Of a DNA stretch of 64,000 bases, positions 11,058 through 21,188 are shown one piece after another. The translations under genes were made by a program, and so were the position numbers. The notes under the pieces are model-generated. The model did not search any database. It worked only from the letters and a program-made list of their open reading frames with translations, and had not been told where the DNA came from. Source of the DNA: an uncultured delta proteobacterium. Its GTDB lineage: Bacteria > Desulfobacterota > Binatia > UBA9968. How positions within the stretch are numbered: the first letter of the stretch is position 1; the number at the start of each line of letters is the position of its first letter. Where the stretch lies: assembly GCA_963737905.1 (NCBI GenBank), contig CAVTUQ010000008.1, positions 128,001 to 192,000 on the forward strand. Reading direction: 5' to 3'.

Positions 11058-11203
11058 CCAGATACCGCGCGTGGAATACATCATTCTGCTCGGAAATCTG
11101 CGATTGATCAAAGCTTTTGATGGCGGGCACCGCCTATAAGCCTGCAGGCTGAAGAATACTAGGTGCCCGGTATAGCTGTAGAGTTTTATTCCACAAATCT
11201 CTC

Positions 11204-11230
11204 AAAGGCAGATTTTGCTTTCTGCTTTTT
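11204..11230 (+). terminator. possible weak intrinsic terminator after wzt copy 1
   Basis: GCAGA/TCTGC stem with an 8-nt loop followed by TTTTT. Confidence 0.3.
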
Positions 11231-11529
11231 CATTCCAATTCACAACATTTGCAATAAACTGCTAGCGGTTCTAATTGCTCTATCATCAGGCAGGGGGGTT
11301 AGGAGTTAATGGACGCATAGGGTCTTAGTAGGGTTTTCTTACTCTGATGACCTTTCAGGCGCGCCGTAGGTAACCGATCTTTAAGCTTGAGTTCTTGATG
11401 TCAGCTGGTGTATAAGCGAATTCCTGATGGCGGGAGTCGTGACAAGATCGATAAGCTTCTCATCGACTTTAAAACCAAGCGCCAGTAAGTTTCAGAGACT
11501 GTTCGTTCGAAGCGCAGAGCAACGCAAAT

Positions 11530-13110
11530 ATGTCGCCTGATTGCCATTTAAGTTTTGTCGTGACTACGCGCAATGACAACCATGGGGGCGACATGGTGCG
11601 CCGATTTCAAATCTTTGCGGAGACCCTCCTAGAACAAGCCAATAGGCACTCGCTGGCGGGAGAACTTATTGTGGTCGAATGGAATCCCCCGCCTGGACCA
11701 CGGCTTCATGAGGTTCTGAAACTTCGGGTCAAGTCGGACTGTTTTGCTATAAGATTCATAGAGGTCCCTCCGGAAGTGCATCGAGCGATCCGCAACGCGG
11801 ATGTGATTCCGCTCTTTCAGATGATCGGAAAAAATGTCGGCATCCGCCGTGCGCGGGGAGAATTTGTTCTGGCCACCAACCCCGATCTCCTGTTTTCCGA
11901 TAGCGTCATTGCATTTTTGGCTTCCGATAAGCTCTTATCCGATGTGATGTACCGCATCGACCGGCATGACGTTCCCGCAGAAGTTCCCGACAACGTGTCC
12001 ATAGACCGGCAGCTTGCCTGGTGCGCTGCGAACGTGCTGAGAATCCATGGTCGGCGTGGGAGTTTTCCCCCTCCGCGTCATCTTCTTTCGAGGTTTCGGG
12101 CACGGATTAGAAAGCTGCCGAAGAAACTTAAAGGCCGCGTATCCCTTTGGTGCCGCGCCTTTCGGTACCACCTCTTGTCTTTAAGATGGATGAACCTCAG
12201 ACAGCGGGCTTCAGCCTCCGTGTCCCTTTGGTACCAGCTTTGGTATCTAAGGTTGGTAAAATTAAAACTGGGTGCTTCGGCTTCGTTGTCCCTTTGGTAT
12301 CACCTCTGGTATCTGAGGCTCGCCAAAATAAAAAAATTACTGGGGCAGCTCCCAACTATACTCCATGACCCTAGGCGCTTGGTTTGGATTGTACGTCAGA
12401 ATGGGCCCACTCTGCTCAAAAATCTAATGGTCCAGCTCCCTGCGAAGCTTTTCGGCTTGATTCGACGCTGGCTGTGGGGCCTTACTTACCCTTTGCGCCA
12501 CCTTGCAAAGCTGGTCTGGAGACCTATCAAAAGGTTTTTGACTCGATTTCATCCCTTTCTTATTCTTTACAGTCCGAGGCTCTTAATCCGACGCGTGCTG
12601 TGGGGAGCTTTGCGCCTTACGGATCCTTTACCCAAGGTTCATACCAACGGCTGTGGAGACTTCACATTGATGTCGAGAGCCCAATGGTTAGAACTCCGCG
12701 GCTACCCCGAGCTGCCGCTATGGTCAATGCACATTGACTCTCTTCTCTGTTACATGGCGGTCGCCTCCAGGGTCCAAGAATATACACTACGTCCCCCGGC
12801 CAAGATCTATCATATGGAACACTACAATTCTTGGGCGGTGATGACTCCCGATGAGAAACTGAGAACATTCACTAAGAAACCCTGGATTGACTTCGGTTTG
12901 CTTTCTGACCTCTGGGAAAATATGTATAGGACCACCCGGCCAATCCAGTTCAATACAGAGGGCTGGGGGCTTGCTGACTGGGCCCTGGATGAGGTGATTA
13001 TCCAGTCTGGTGAGAAGCAATACTTCAAACAAAGCCCGGCGGCTACATCTGAGGGAGAACTTACATGGGATTCAATGGATCATCGTCTGTCGGGGCTATC
13101 TCTGTCTTAG
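11530..13110 (+). CDS. GT-A-fold glycosyltransferase-like protein with long basic amphipathic insert
   Basis: SFVVTTRND, ELIVVEWN, KNVGIRRARGEFVLATNPD; C-terminal HTNGCGDFTLM..W..LRGYPE. Confidence 0.7.
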   Translation: MSPDCHLSFVVTTRNDNHGGDMVRRFQIFAETLLEQANRHSLAGELIVVEWNPPPGPRLHEVLKLRVKSDCFAIRFIEVPPEVHRAIRNADVIPLFQMIGKNVGIRRARGEFVLATNPDLLFSDSVIAFLASDKLLSDVMYRIDRHDVPAEVPDNVSIDRQLAWCAANVLRIHGRRGSFPPPRHLLSRFRARIRKLPKKLKGRVSLWCRAFRYHLLSLRWMNLRQRASASVSLWYQLWYLRLVKLKLGASASLSLWYHLWYLRLAKIKKLLGQLPTILHDPRRLVWIVRQNGPTLLKNLMVQLPAKLFGLIRRWLWGLTYPLRHLAKLVWRPIKRFLTRFHPFLILYSPRLLIRRVLWGALRLTDPLPKVHTNGCGDFTLMSRAQWLELRGYPELPLWSMHIDSLLCYMAVASRVQEYTLRPPAKIYHMEHYNSWAVMTPDEKLRTFTKKPWIDFGLLSDLWENMYRTTRPIQFNTEGWGLADWALDEVIIQSGEKQYFKQSPAATSEGELTWDSMDHRLSGLSLS

Positions 13111-14474
13111 GTATAGGCAAGCTCGGCGCCGTAGTAGCCGGTTGCCATGCCAGTCGGGGGTTTCCTGTGATCGGCGTCGACGTCAACCGGCACTCTGTAG
13201 AGTGCTGTAACCGCGGAGTGCCGCCGGTCCAAGAACCAGGAATGGAGGATCTCTACCGTTCGTGCCAAGGACTCCTCACAGCGACCACGGACAGCGCCTC
13301 CGCCGTAGAAAGGTCGGAGGCCACGCTTATCTGCGTTCCCACACCGAGCGATGCCGACGGTGGCTATTCCCTCCGTTATGTCCTCGAAGCGTGTAAGGCC
13401 ATTGGGGATGCGCTTCGAAACAAAAACGCTTACCACCTTGTGGTGCTGAAGAGCACCGTGCTGCCCGGTTCCTGCGACCGCGATATTATTCCCACACTGG
13501 AAGCCCGGAGCGGAAAGCGATGCGGGAGTGATTTCGGCTTTTGCTATAACCCGGAATTCATTGCTCTTGGAAGTGTGATCCATAACATCTTTAATCCTGA
13601 TCTCGTCCTGATCGGTGAATCGAATGAGACAGCCGGGGATCGGCTGGTGCAGATTTTTGCGCGCCTGCTCAGCACCAAACGCCAGACGGCTCGCATGAAC
13701 CTTGTGAATGCAGAGCTGGCCAAACTGGCAGTTAACTCCTATGTGACTATGAAAATCACCTTTGCCAATCTTTTGGCTCGCCTCTGTGAACGGCTCCCGG
13801 GAGGCGATGTCGACGTCGTAACCGGAGCCTTGGGTTTGGATAGCCGCATCGGCGCCAAGTATCTCAAGGGAGGCCTCGGGTATGGTGGTCCATGTTTTCC
13901 TAGAGACAACGAGGCGATGCTCTGTCTGGCCGACAGGCTCGGCGTGTCGTTTCCCCTCGCCATGGCGACTGACCAAGCCAACCGCGAAATTGCTGGACAC
14001 GTCGCCGACGTAGTTGCTTCAAAGGTGCCAATAGGCTCTCGCATGGGGATCTTGGGTTTGAGCTATAAACCCAACACGCCGGTAATCGAGGAGTCCCAGG
14101 GCATTCTCATCGCGAAAATTCTACTGGAGCGCGGCTTCGAGGTCGTGGCCTATGACCCGGTCGCCATAGAGGCGGCAAGCAAGGTATTCGGAAAAAGCAT
14201 CGAATATGCCGCATCAGCTCAGGCCTGTATCCTGGAGGCGGATGCAGTTTTGATCACCACGCCGTGGGATGAGTTCAAACGACTTGAGTATTCAGGTTTA
14301 AATGGCTCCAATGACCCTATTGTGATCGACTGCTGGGGAATGCTAGACGAAGAAGTAACGCAATCCCCGCGCGTGATTCGATTGGGCAAAAGCCAATTAA
14401 TCGAGCCCGACATCACAAGTTCTGGCGAGAATTACCCCCCAAAGGAGACTCGGATACGTGAATTGGAAAGGTAA
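13065..14474 (+). CDS. UDP-glucose/GDP-mannose dehydrogenase family
   Basis: GIGKLG, CVPTP, KSTVLPG, NPEF, AELAKLAVN, GYGGPCFPRD, LGLSYKPNT. Confidence 0.93.
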   Translation: MGFNGSSSVGAISVLGIGKLGAVVAGCHASRGFPVIGVDVNRHSVECCNRGVPPVQEPGMEDLYRSCQGLLTATTDSASAVERSEATLICVPTPSDADGGYSLRYVLEACKAIGDALRNKNAYHLVVLKSTVLPGSCDRDIIPTLEARSGKRCGSDFGFCYNPEFIALGSVIHNIFNPDLVLIGESNETAGDRLVQIFARLLSTKRQTARMNLVNAELAKLAVNSYVTMKITFANLLARLCERLPGGDVDVVTGALGLDSRIGAKYLKGGLGYGGPCFPRDNEAMLCLADRLGVSFPLAMATDQANREIAGHVADVVASKVPIGSRMGILGLSYKPNTPVIEESQGILIAKILLERGFEVVAYDPVAIEAASKVFGKSIEYAASAQACILEADAVLITTPWDEFKRLEYSGLNGSNDPIVIDCWGMLDEEVTQSPRVIRLGKSQLIEPDITSSGENYPPKETRIRELER

Positions 14475-15474
14475 ACACGTTCTCGTCACCGGCGGCGCTT
14501 CCTTCATCGGCTCAAGTCTCGTTGACGCGCTCGTGTCACGAGGAGCCATCGTTCGCGTGGTCGATGACCTAAGCACGGGGAGGTATGAATATATCTCGCG
14601 CCTGGCGGAGTCGGGAAGCGTGGAATTTATCAAAGGCGACCTTCTAGACTCAGAAATCGCGACCCGCTCGGTCAGAGGTATTGAGTATCTGTTTCATCTG
14701 GCCGCTATCCACGGCGGCCGCGGCTACGTCGACCTTCACAACGTCGAGTGCTCGATGAATCTCATTCTGGACGGTCAACTTTTCCGCGAGGCTGTGAAGG
14801 CGCATGTCGAAAAGATCCTTTTCGCATCTTCCGGATGTGTTTACCCAAATCACCTTCAGAGTGACCCTGCAAAGGAGGTTTATTTGACGGAAGACCTTGT
14901 CGGCCCGCCCTACGACGCCGACAACATGTATGGCTGGGCAAAGCTCATGGGCGAGCTGACCCTGCGGCACTTCGTCAAACAAGGTCTACTCAAGGCGGCA
15001 TCGTGTCGCTACTTTACCGTTTACGGTCCGCGGGGAAAGGAGGACCACGCCGTCATCGCTATGATCGCTCGCGCCTTCATCCAGCAAAACCCGTTTGAGG
15101 TATGGGGAACCGGTGAACAGATCCGCAATTGGACCTACATCGATGACATTGTCGAGGGAACGATCTTAGCCGCCGAGGGAATTGACGACGGTACGGCGGT
15201 GAATCTGGGTACGATGGAACGAATTCGCGTCGTTGATGCGGCTGCAATGATTCTCCGCCGCATGGGGGTGGAAGTGCCGCTCAAATTCTTGCCGCATATG
15301 CCCACGGGTCCTTACAACCGAGTCGCGGCCAATCGATTGGCCAAAGAGCTCATGGGCTGGGAACCCCGGGTTCCGTTCCGCGAAGGCATCGTGAAAACAA
15401 TTGATTGGTATGTGAATAACCGAAATCCCGACGAAGTGCGCAGCCAATTGCAATCCATGCTCACCGAGCGTTAA
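14458..15474 (+). CDS. NAD-dependent nucleotide-sugar epimerase/dehydratase (extended SDR)
   Basis: VTGGASFIGS, HLAA, ASSGCVY, YGWAK, VYGP, WGTGEQIR. Confidence 0.92.
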   Translation: MNWKGKHVLVTGGASFIGSSLVDALVSRGAIVRVVDDLSTGRYEYISRLAESGSVEFIKGDLLDSEIATRSVRGIEYLFHLAAIHGGRGYVDLHNVECSMNLILDGQLFREAVKAHVEKILFASSGCVYPNHLQSDPAKEVYLTEDLVGPPYDADNMYGWAKLMGELTLRHFVKQGLLKAASCRYFTVYGPRGKEDHAVIAMIARAFIQQNPFEVWGTGEQIRNWTYIDDIVEGTILAAEGIDDGTAVNLGTMERIRVVDAAAMILRRMGVEVPLKFLPHMPTGPYNRVAANRLAKELMGWEPRVPFREGIVKTIDWYVNNRNPDEVRSQLQSMLTER

Positions 15475-15500
15475 GCACTTTCTCGCCAAACGGGCGCAAG

Positions 15501-16334
15501 ATGAGCTACTTCCGAGATGTCCCGATTGCGCATGTGCGAGATTTCTGGAACTCCCGTCCGTGTAACATCCGCCATTCCTCAAGACCGATCGGCGAGCGAG
15601 AGTATTTCGATGAAGTGGAGGCTAGAAAATACTTTGTCGAGCCTCACATCCCTGGGTTCGCTGCATTCCCTCAATGGTCCGGAAAACGGGTCCTGGAAGT
15701 GGGTTGCGGGATCGGCACGGACACCATAAATTTTGCCCGGGCGGGCGCCGAAGTCACGGCGATCGATCTCTCGGAGCGATCCCTTGAAATCGCCCGAAAG
15801 CGCGCAACGGTTTACAAGCTTACGAACATTAGCTTCGTTCACGCCAACGTGGAGGAGTTGGCAGCCATCCTACCTGCAACACGCTACGATCTTGTGTACT
15901 CTTTTGGAGTCGTTCACCATACCCCACACCCGGAGACAGCCCTCAGGCAGATGCTGTCTTTCCTGACGCCTGGGGGAACTCTAAAGTTAATGGTGTATCA
16001 TCGTTACTCCTGGAAAGTATGCTCCGTGGTCATGGGCTATGGCCGCGGAGCCTTCTGGGATGTGGATCGAATTATCGCGCAGCATTCGGAGGCCCAGGAA
16101 GGTTGCCCGGTGACCTACGCCTATACGAAGCGACAGCTCCAGGCATTGATTGAAGGCGCAGGGTGCCGTATTGAAGAACTCTTCGTGGATCATATCTTTC
16201 CGTGGCGAATACCGGCTTACGTCCAGTACCGGTATGAAAAGGTCTGGCATTTGAGAATTGTTCCGCGACCTATTTTCCGTTGGCTCGAATCTCACTTCGG
16301 CTGGCATTTGTGCGTTACGGCTGTAAAGCCATGA
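15501..16334 (+). CDS. class I SAM-dependent methyltransferase
   Basis: VLEVGCGIGTD, IDLS, YDLVYSFGVVHHTP, LTPGG. Confidence 0.9.
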   Translation: MSYFRDVPIAHVRDFWNSRPCNIRHSSRPIGEREYFDEVEARKYFVEPHIPGFAAFPQWSGKRVLEVGCGIGTDTINFARAGAEVTAIDLSERSLEIARKRATVYKLTNISFVHANVEELAAILPATRYDLVYSFGVVHHTPHPETALRQMLSFLTPGGTLKLMVYHRYSWKVCSVVMGYGRGAFWDVDRIIAQHSEAQEGCPVTYAYTKRQLQALIEGAGCRIEELFVDHIFPWRIPAYVQYRYEKVWHLRIVPRPIFRWLESHFGWHLCVTAVKP

Positions 16335-17308
16335 CAGTGTCCTTAACCCTCTTCACTACCTGTAAGCCATTCGAAGGGAAGGCTGCCCGTGTCCAACGCA
16401 ACGCCCTTCGCAGTTGGGCGCTCGGCCCGGCTTGCGAGGTCGTTGTTTTCGGTGATGAACCCGGCGTTCGGGAGTGTTGTGAAGAGTTTGGCTTTCGTCA
16501 GGTTGCAACCGTCGACCGAACCCCTCTCGGAACCCCGCTGGTCAGCTATCTTTTTGAAGCGGTAGAACATGCCACCCAGACCGAACTTCTGGCTTTTGTC
16601 AATGCGGACATCATGCTGACAAGCGATCTCATAGCGGCGGTCGAAGCTGTGCAAAATCGGTTCGAACGTTTTCTGATGATAGCGCGGCGCTGGAATGTGG
16701 AGCTAGCGGACGATTGGGACTTTAAGTCTCCCTCGTGGGAAGCAAAGCTGCGCGCTTATGTTCGTGAGCACGGCACCATCGAGCCTTCTTACGGGGGAGT
16801 GGATCTTTTCGTTTACCGTCGTGGCTTGTGGAAACATCTGCAACCCTTTGCGATCGGGCGCACACGGTGGGACAGCGCTCTCATCTATGAAGCGCGCAAG
16901 CTGCGTGCTCCTGTGATCGAAACGACCAGGGTCGTCACTGCGGTCCACCCAAACCATGGCTACTCCCACGGTCCGCAAGACACCACGGGCGTGTTTAAAG
17001 GCCCCGAGGCTCTTCGCAATCAATCTCTCCTCGGGGGGGACGAGTTCATTTTTACCTCCCTCAACGCGACACATGTCCTTACGGAGTCTGGCATTCGTCA
17101 GAATCGGGTTTGGTTTCCTCCTTATTTGCTGCGACAGCTTGCGACCCTGCCGGCCCTTCATCCAAGGCTTCGCCCGCTCGCCCCAGTGGTGAGATTGCTA
17201 GCGCCCTGGTGGAGGAGACTTCGGCCGCGGAAGAAAAAACGGCGGAGCCAGTCGCTGCGCGCTACCCCCACAGTGCGCCAACAAACGTCGACCGGCTCCA
17301 AAAACTAA
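16331..17308 (+). CDS. glycosyltransferase-like protein with basic C-terminal tail
   Basis: ATGA overlap with the upstream gene; KPF..Q.NALRSW, FVNADIML (DxD-like), FAIGR..WD. Confidence 0.6.
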   Translation: MTVSLTLFTTCKPFEGKAARVQRNALRSWALGPACEVVVFGDEPGVRECCEEFGFRQVATVDRTPLGTPLVSYLFEAVEHATQTELLAFVNADIMLTSDLIAAVEAVQNRFERFLMIARRWNVELADDWDFKSPSWEAKLRAYVREHGTIEPSYGGVDLFVYRRGLWKHLQPFAIGRTRWDSALIYEARKLRAPVIETTRVVTAVHPNHGYSHGPQDTTGVFKGPEALRNQSLLGGDEFIFTSLNATHVLTESGIRQNRVWFPPYLLRQLATLPALHPRLRPLAPVVRLLAPWWRRLRPRKKKRRSQSLRATPTVRQQTSTGSKN

Positions 17309-18081
17309 TGATGATTTATCCAAATTTCTACCAAACTTGGGATGTCATTTCTGTCTTGCTCAGTAAGGAAATCAAACTTCGGTACCGGGGAACGACTCTC
17401 GGCATTCTCTGGTCCCTAGCCAATCCTCTGGCCTTTACCGCCGTCCTTTACATCGCGTTCAGACGCGTTCTCCAGGTCAATATCGAGAACTATCCACTCT
17501 TTATCCTTTCAGCACTTTTCCCATGGCAGTGGCTTTCAAATTCTGTAGGTAGCGCGTCGATGCTTTTTATCTCGAATGGCGCACTTATCAAAAGGCTCCC
17601 GTTTAACAAAGCCGCGCTCGCGGTTGCCCTGGTCCTGAACGATATGATCCACTTCTGCATAACGATCCCACTTTTCGCAGTGTTTCTCTTCATGTCGGGT
17701 GACCGCGGTCCTTCGCTAAATTGGCTGGTGGGCATACCCATTCTCCTAGCCACTCAGACGTTACTGACGTTGGCGATTGTCATTGTCATCGCTACCTTAA
17801 ACGCCCTCTTGCGCGATCTCGACCAACTGGTTCGGGTGTTGCTCTTGCTTTTGTTTTACGTCACTCCAGTGCTGTATTCAGCGTCAATGGTGCCCAAAAA
17901 TCTCGAATGGCTTCTGTTTGCCAATCCATTTTCTTCTTTAATGATCTCGTGGCGTGCGTTAATGATGGACAATGACCTAAGCCCCTATATTATTGTGGCC
18001 GTTGGCCACGCATGCCTATCTCTCCTTATCGCCATTCCAGTCTTCAGAAGAACAGAGTGGAAGCTGGCAGAGCTCGTATGA
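17308..18081 (+). CDS. wzm: polysaccharide ABC exporter permease (copy 2)
   Basis: TAATG overlap; EIKLRYRGTTLGILWSLANP, LRDL, FYVTPVLY, ANP. Confidence 0.92.
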   Translation: MMIYPNFYQTWDVISVLLSKEIKLRYRGTTLGILWSLANPLAFTAVLYIAFRRVLQVNIENYPLFILSALFPWQWLSNSVGSASMLFISNGALIKRLPFNKAALAVALVLNDMIHFCITIPLFAVFLFMSGDRGPSLNWLVGIPILLATQTLLTLAIVIVIATLNALLRDLDQLVRVLLLLLFYVTPVLYSASMVPKNLEWLLFANPFSSLMISWRALMMDNDLSPYIIVAVGHACLSLLIAIPVFRRTEWKLAELV

Positions 18082-18857
18082 GGCAAGTCCTAATTCTTGA
18101 GAAGGTTACTAAAGAGTTCCGGACCTATCACCACTACCACGCTGGCCTGAAAGCACTTGTGTTAGATCCTCGTCAGATAACGCGGGATCGAGAGAGAGAC
18201 AGGTTCTTAGCTATCAACGAAGTCTCCTTCGCCGTCTACGGTGGAGAGACGTTCGGCATCCTGGGTCGAAATGGAGCAGGAAAAAGTACTTTGCTGAGTT
18301 TGATTGCCGGTGTCTTGCGGCCGACTGCCGGCAAAATCTCAGTCCATGGGCGCATATCGCCTCTGCTCGAACTGGGCGTTGGTTTTACGCTAGAGCTTAC
18401 CGGCGTCGAAAACATTCTTGTTAATGGAGTTTTGCTTGGACTTCGCAGAAAAGAAATCGAAGCTAAGTTGGATGATATCATCAGTTTCTCTGGGCTAGGT
18501 TCGTTCATCGACCAACCCCTCAAGACCTATTCCTCTGGAATGCAGATTCGCCTCGGGTTCGCGATCGCGATCCATGTCCAGCCCGATATCCTTCTTGTCG
18601 ACGAGGTGCTGGCGGTGGGGGACGCAGAATTTCAAGAAAAATGTTTTGCCCGCATCGCGGATCTTCAAAGAGCAGGCGTAACCATCGTATTGGTGTCGCA
18701 CAATTTGAACACCGTAGGGACGCTCTGCGATCGCGCGGTGTGGATCGACAAAGGCCGTATCGTTACGCTCGGGTCTCCGCAAGAGGTTGTTGCGTGCTAT
18801 CAATCCGAAATCGCTCACCCCTCGGTAACTCAGGAATCAGGGAGTGTATCGGTGTAA
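18078..18857 (+). CDS. wzt: polysaccharide ABC exporter ATPase (copy 2), no C-terminal CBM
   Basis: ATGA overlap; GRNGAGKST, ELGVGF..ELTGVEN, YSSGMQIRLGF, DEVLAVGD. Confidence 0.92.
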   Translation: MRQVLILEKVTKEFRTYHHYHAGLKALVLDPRQITRDRERDRFLAINEVSFAVYGGETFGILGRNGAGKSTLLSLIAGVLRPTAGKISVHGRISPLLELGVGFTLELTGVENILVNGVLLGLRRKEIEAKLDDIISFSGLGSFIDQPLKTYSSGMQIRLGFAIAIHVQPDILLVDEVLAVGDAEFQEKCFARIADLQRAGVTIVLVSHNLNTVGTLCDRAVWIDKGRIVTLGSPQEVVACYQSEIAHPSVTQESGSVSV

Positions 18858-18895
18858 TTGAAGCCGCCGTGATTTAAATCTGGAGTCGGCAACAC

Positions 18896-21142
18896 GTGAA
18901 AATCGCTTTCCTAAATCCCTGGAAAAATGCTGCCGAGAATCAAGCGTTTCGGTCTCTGCAGATTGCCGCCGGGCGCGTCGGACATGAGTTCATACATTGT
19001 TGTAACAGTGCCGACGTCGATGCCTGCGCCCCTGATTTTGTCCTCGCTGCCGCCTCCACACAGCCGAAGCTAAGCGATTGTCCCCATTACGGTGTGATCC
19101 ATGAGCCAAGGGATCGATTCCTTGACAACCGGGCGTACTTTCAAAACCTGCTTTCCTATGACGGCTATTTTACCATCGCCGATTCGTTGGAGCGTTTCCT
19201 CCGTGATATTTCCTGCCGCATGGGTCGGCCAGAGGAGATTGGCTTCTACTATAACACCTGTCAGCGCCAGCAGCGCTCAGCCGACCTCGTTTCCTTGCTC
19301 CGCGACAGGAAATTGCTGCTCACCTATTTTGGCACAAACTGGGACCACCGGCGCAAGAACTTTTTTCGGATGTTAAGCGAGATCGACAACGTCCAGATCT
19401 GCGGTCCCACCCACTCCTGGCCAGAAATCCACCGAAAATCCTATGGTGGCTCCTTGGAATTCGATGGCGATGCGGTCCAGGCACGCTATGCGACCAACGG
19501 CCTCGGCTTATGTCTTGTCTCAGAGCTCCACTGCCGCGACGACGTTATCTCCAATCGGATCTTCGAGATCGCCTCAGTCGGCGCCATCGCCATCTGCTGT
19601 GACATGCCCTGGATCCGAAAGTATTTTGGCGACAGCGTATATTACATTGACCAGAATCTTGCCGACAAATCCCTCGTCCGGGCGATTCTCCGCTGCTGGG
19701 ACGAAATCTATGACCGGCCAGAAACCGCGCTGGACAAAGCCCGGAGGGCGCGCGAGATCTTCGAACGGCGGTTCGCTGCTGAACTGCTAATCAATAATGC
19801 CGTCGAATACCATGAACGTGTCAGCGCTACCCGCCACGCCAAGCTTTCTCAGGGGAAAGCCTCCTATGAACCATTCATTTCCGTCATCATCCGCTGCGGC
19901 GGCCGCCCTATCGACCTGATCGGGCGAGGTCTGTTCTCTCTATCACAACAGACGTATGGCGAGTTCGAGGTCATCTTCGTACGCTACACAGACCTCGATC
20001 TGAGTCCCTTGCTTTCTGAGCCGCATGCCAATGTTCGCTCCATGAAAGTCGTAGACTGTTTAGGGGGCGGCCGCAGCGCTGCATTATGGGCTGGACTGTC
20101 CGCCATCACGGGTGACTATTTCGCTATGCTTGACGATGACGACTGGCTCTTCTCCAATCACTTTGAAAAGCTCTTTCAGCCTTTCCCTCAGGCGCCGAAA
20201 AGCCGGTTTTTCGTTTACTCGAGCTCCATCTCCCACTACGCGGAGCCCAAGCCCATCGAGGGTGGTCATGAAGATCATAGGAGTCTCTTATATGTTGAAA
20301 AAAACTATCTTGAAAAAAACACTCGGGATCTCAGCTCGGTCGGCTCGATGTTTGCCTCTAACAGCTTCGTGGCTTCGCGGGATCTCCTGAGCCCAGCGCT
20401 ACTCTGTGATCCCCACATGTCCACCGCCGAGGACAGCTTTCTGATTCTTTCCCTATTGGAACAAGCCCGATCACACTTTTCCTATGCGGCTACCAGTGTT
20501 CATGAGCGTGGCCGTTCTGATCAGTCAGATTTTCATCAGCACCCCACCCGGTTCGAAGATGAATTGACGCTTCACATACGCCTCGGCGGTAGGCAGATAT
20601 CTGCGCGCTCGGTAATCGATTTATGGGATGAGATATCTTCTTTTTGGAAGAATCGGCCCAGGAAAGAGGCCGTGCTGGAAACGCCGGACCGCATTATCTA
20701 TCGTGTTCTCGATTGTCCCATTTCCATGGAACCGGAAAAGGATCGCGAATGCGTCAGCACGGGTTTTGACCTGAACGGGAGCAAGTTCTCCGTTGGCTCC
20801 CATGTCCGCGACTCATCCGTGGGTTCGGCTTGGGTCCAATGTCCGGAAGAGCCATGGGCCTACGGAGCTGAACTCTGCTTACATCTCCCGCACTCCACTG
20901 AGCCTGGCCACCTTCTCATCGCTGAGGTTATTGTGGAATGTGGCGAGATCGGTATAGGCCTCCTCGACATGTCTGAACGGGACTTCCTGATGAGAAAGAA
21001 TCTCCAGCCAAGCTCCCGTATCCAGGAAGTGCATATTCCGATTGCGGACCTGCTTAACGTCAGTCGATTCATCCTGCAGAACTGGCAGAATCCAGGTGCA
21101 GCGACAGCCCAGATCCTGTCGCTGAGGATCTGTGGTGAGTAG
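18896..21142 (+). CDS. multidomain glycosyltransferase: CgeB/GT-B-like + GT2 + C-terminal beta-rich module
   Basis: ISNRIFEIASVGA; ISVIIR, GDYFAMLDDDD; C-terminal PWAY..GEIGIGLLD module. Confidence 0.75.
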   Translation: MKIAFLNPWKNAAENQAFRSLQIAAGRVGHEFIHCCNSADVDACAPDFVLAAASTQPKLSDCPHYGVIHEPRDRFLDNRAYFQNLLSYDGYFTIADSLERFLRDISCRMGRPEEIGFYYNTCQRQQRSADLVSLLRDRKLLLTYFGTNWDHRRKNFFRMLSEIDNVQICGPTHSWPEIHRKSYGGSLEFDGDAVQARYATNGLGLCLVSELHCRDDVISNRIFEIASVGAIAICCDMPWIRKYFGDSVYYIDQNLADKSLVRAILRCWDEIYDRPETALDKARRAREIFERRFAAELLINNAVEYHERVSATRHAKLSQGKASYEPFISVIIRCGGRPIDLIGRGLFSLSQQTYGEFEVIFVRYTDLDLSPLLSEPHANVRSMKVVDCLGGGRSAALWAGLSAITGDYFAMLDDDDWLFSNHFEKLFQPFPQAPKSRFFVYSSSISHYAEPKPIEGGHEDHRSLLYVEKNYLEKNTRDLSSVGSMFASNSFVASRDLLSPALLCDPHMSTAEDSFLILSLLEQARSHFSYAATSVHERGRSDQSDFHQHPTRFEDELTLHIRLGGRQISARSVIDLWDEISSFWKNRPRKEAVLETPDRIIYRVLDCPISMEPEKDRECVSTGFDLNGSKFSVGSHVRDSSVGSAWVQCPEEPWAYGAELCLHLPHSTEPGHLLIAEVIVECGEIGIGLLDMSERDFLMRKNLQPSSRIQEVHIPIADLLNVSRFILQNWQNPGAATAQILSLRICGE

Positions 21143-21188
21143 TGCGGTGCAAGTGAGTTTGTGAAAGCTCGGTGTTTACTTTTGAAAT

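Noticed and set aside
13107-14000. Long antisense or off-frame ORFs (also 29605-30420, 31180-31941, 33667-34500, 52905-53807, 61137-61916, 61543-62307)
   Set aside because: They shadow well-supported genes, lack motifs, and are expected in GC-rich or repetitive coding DNA.
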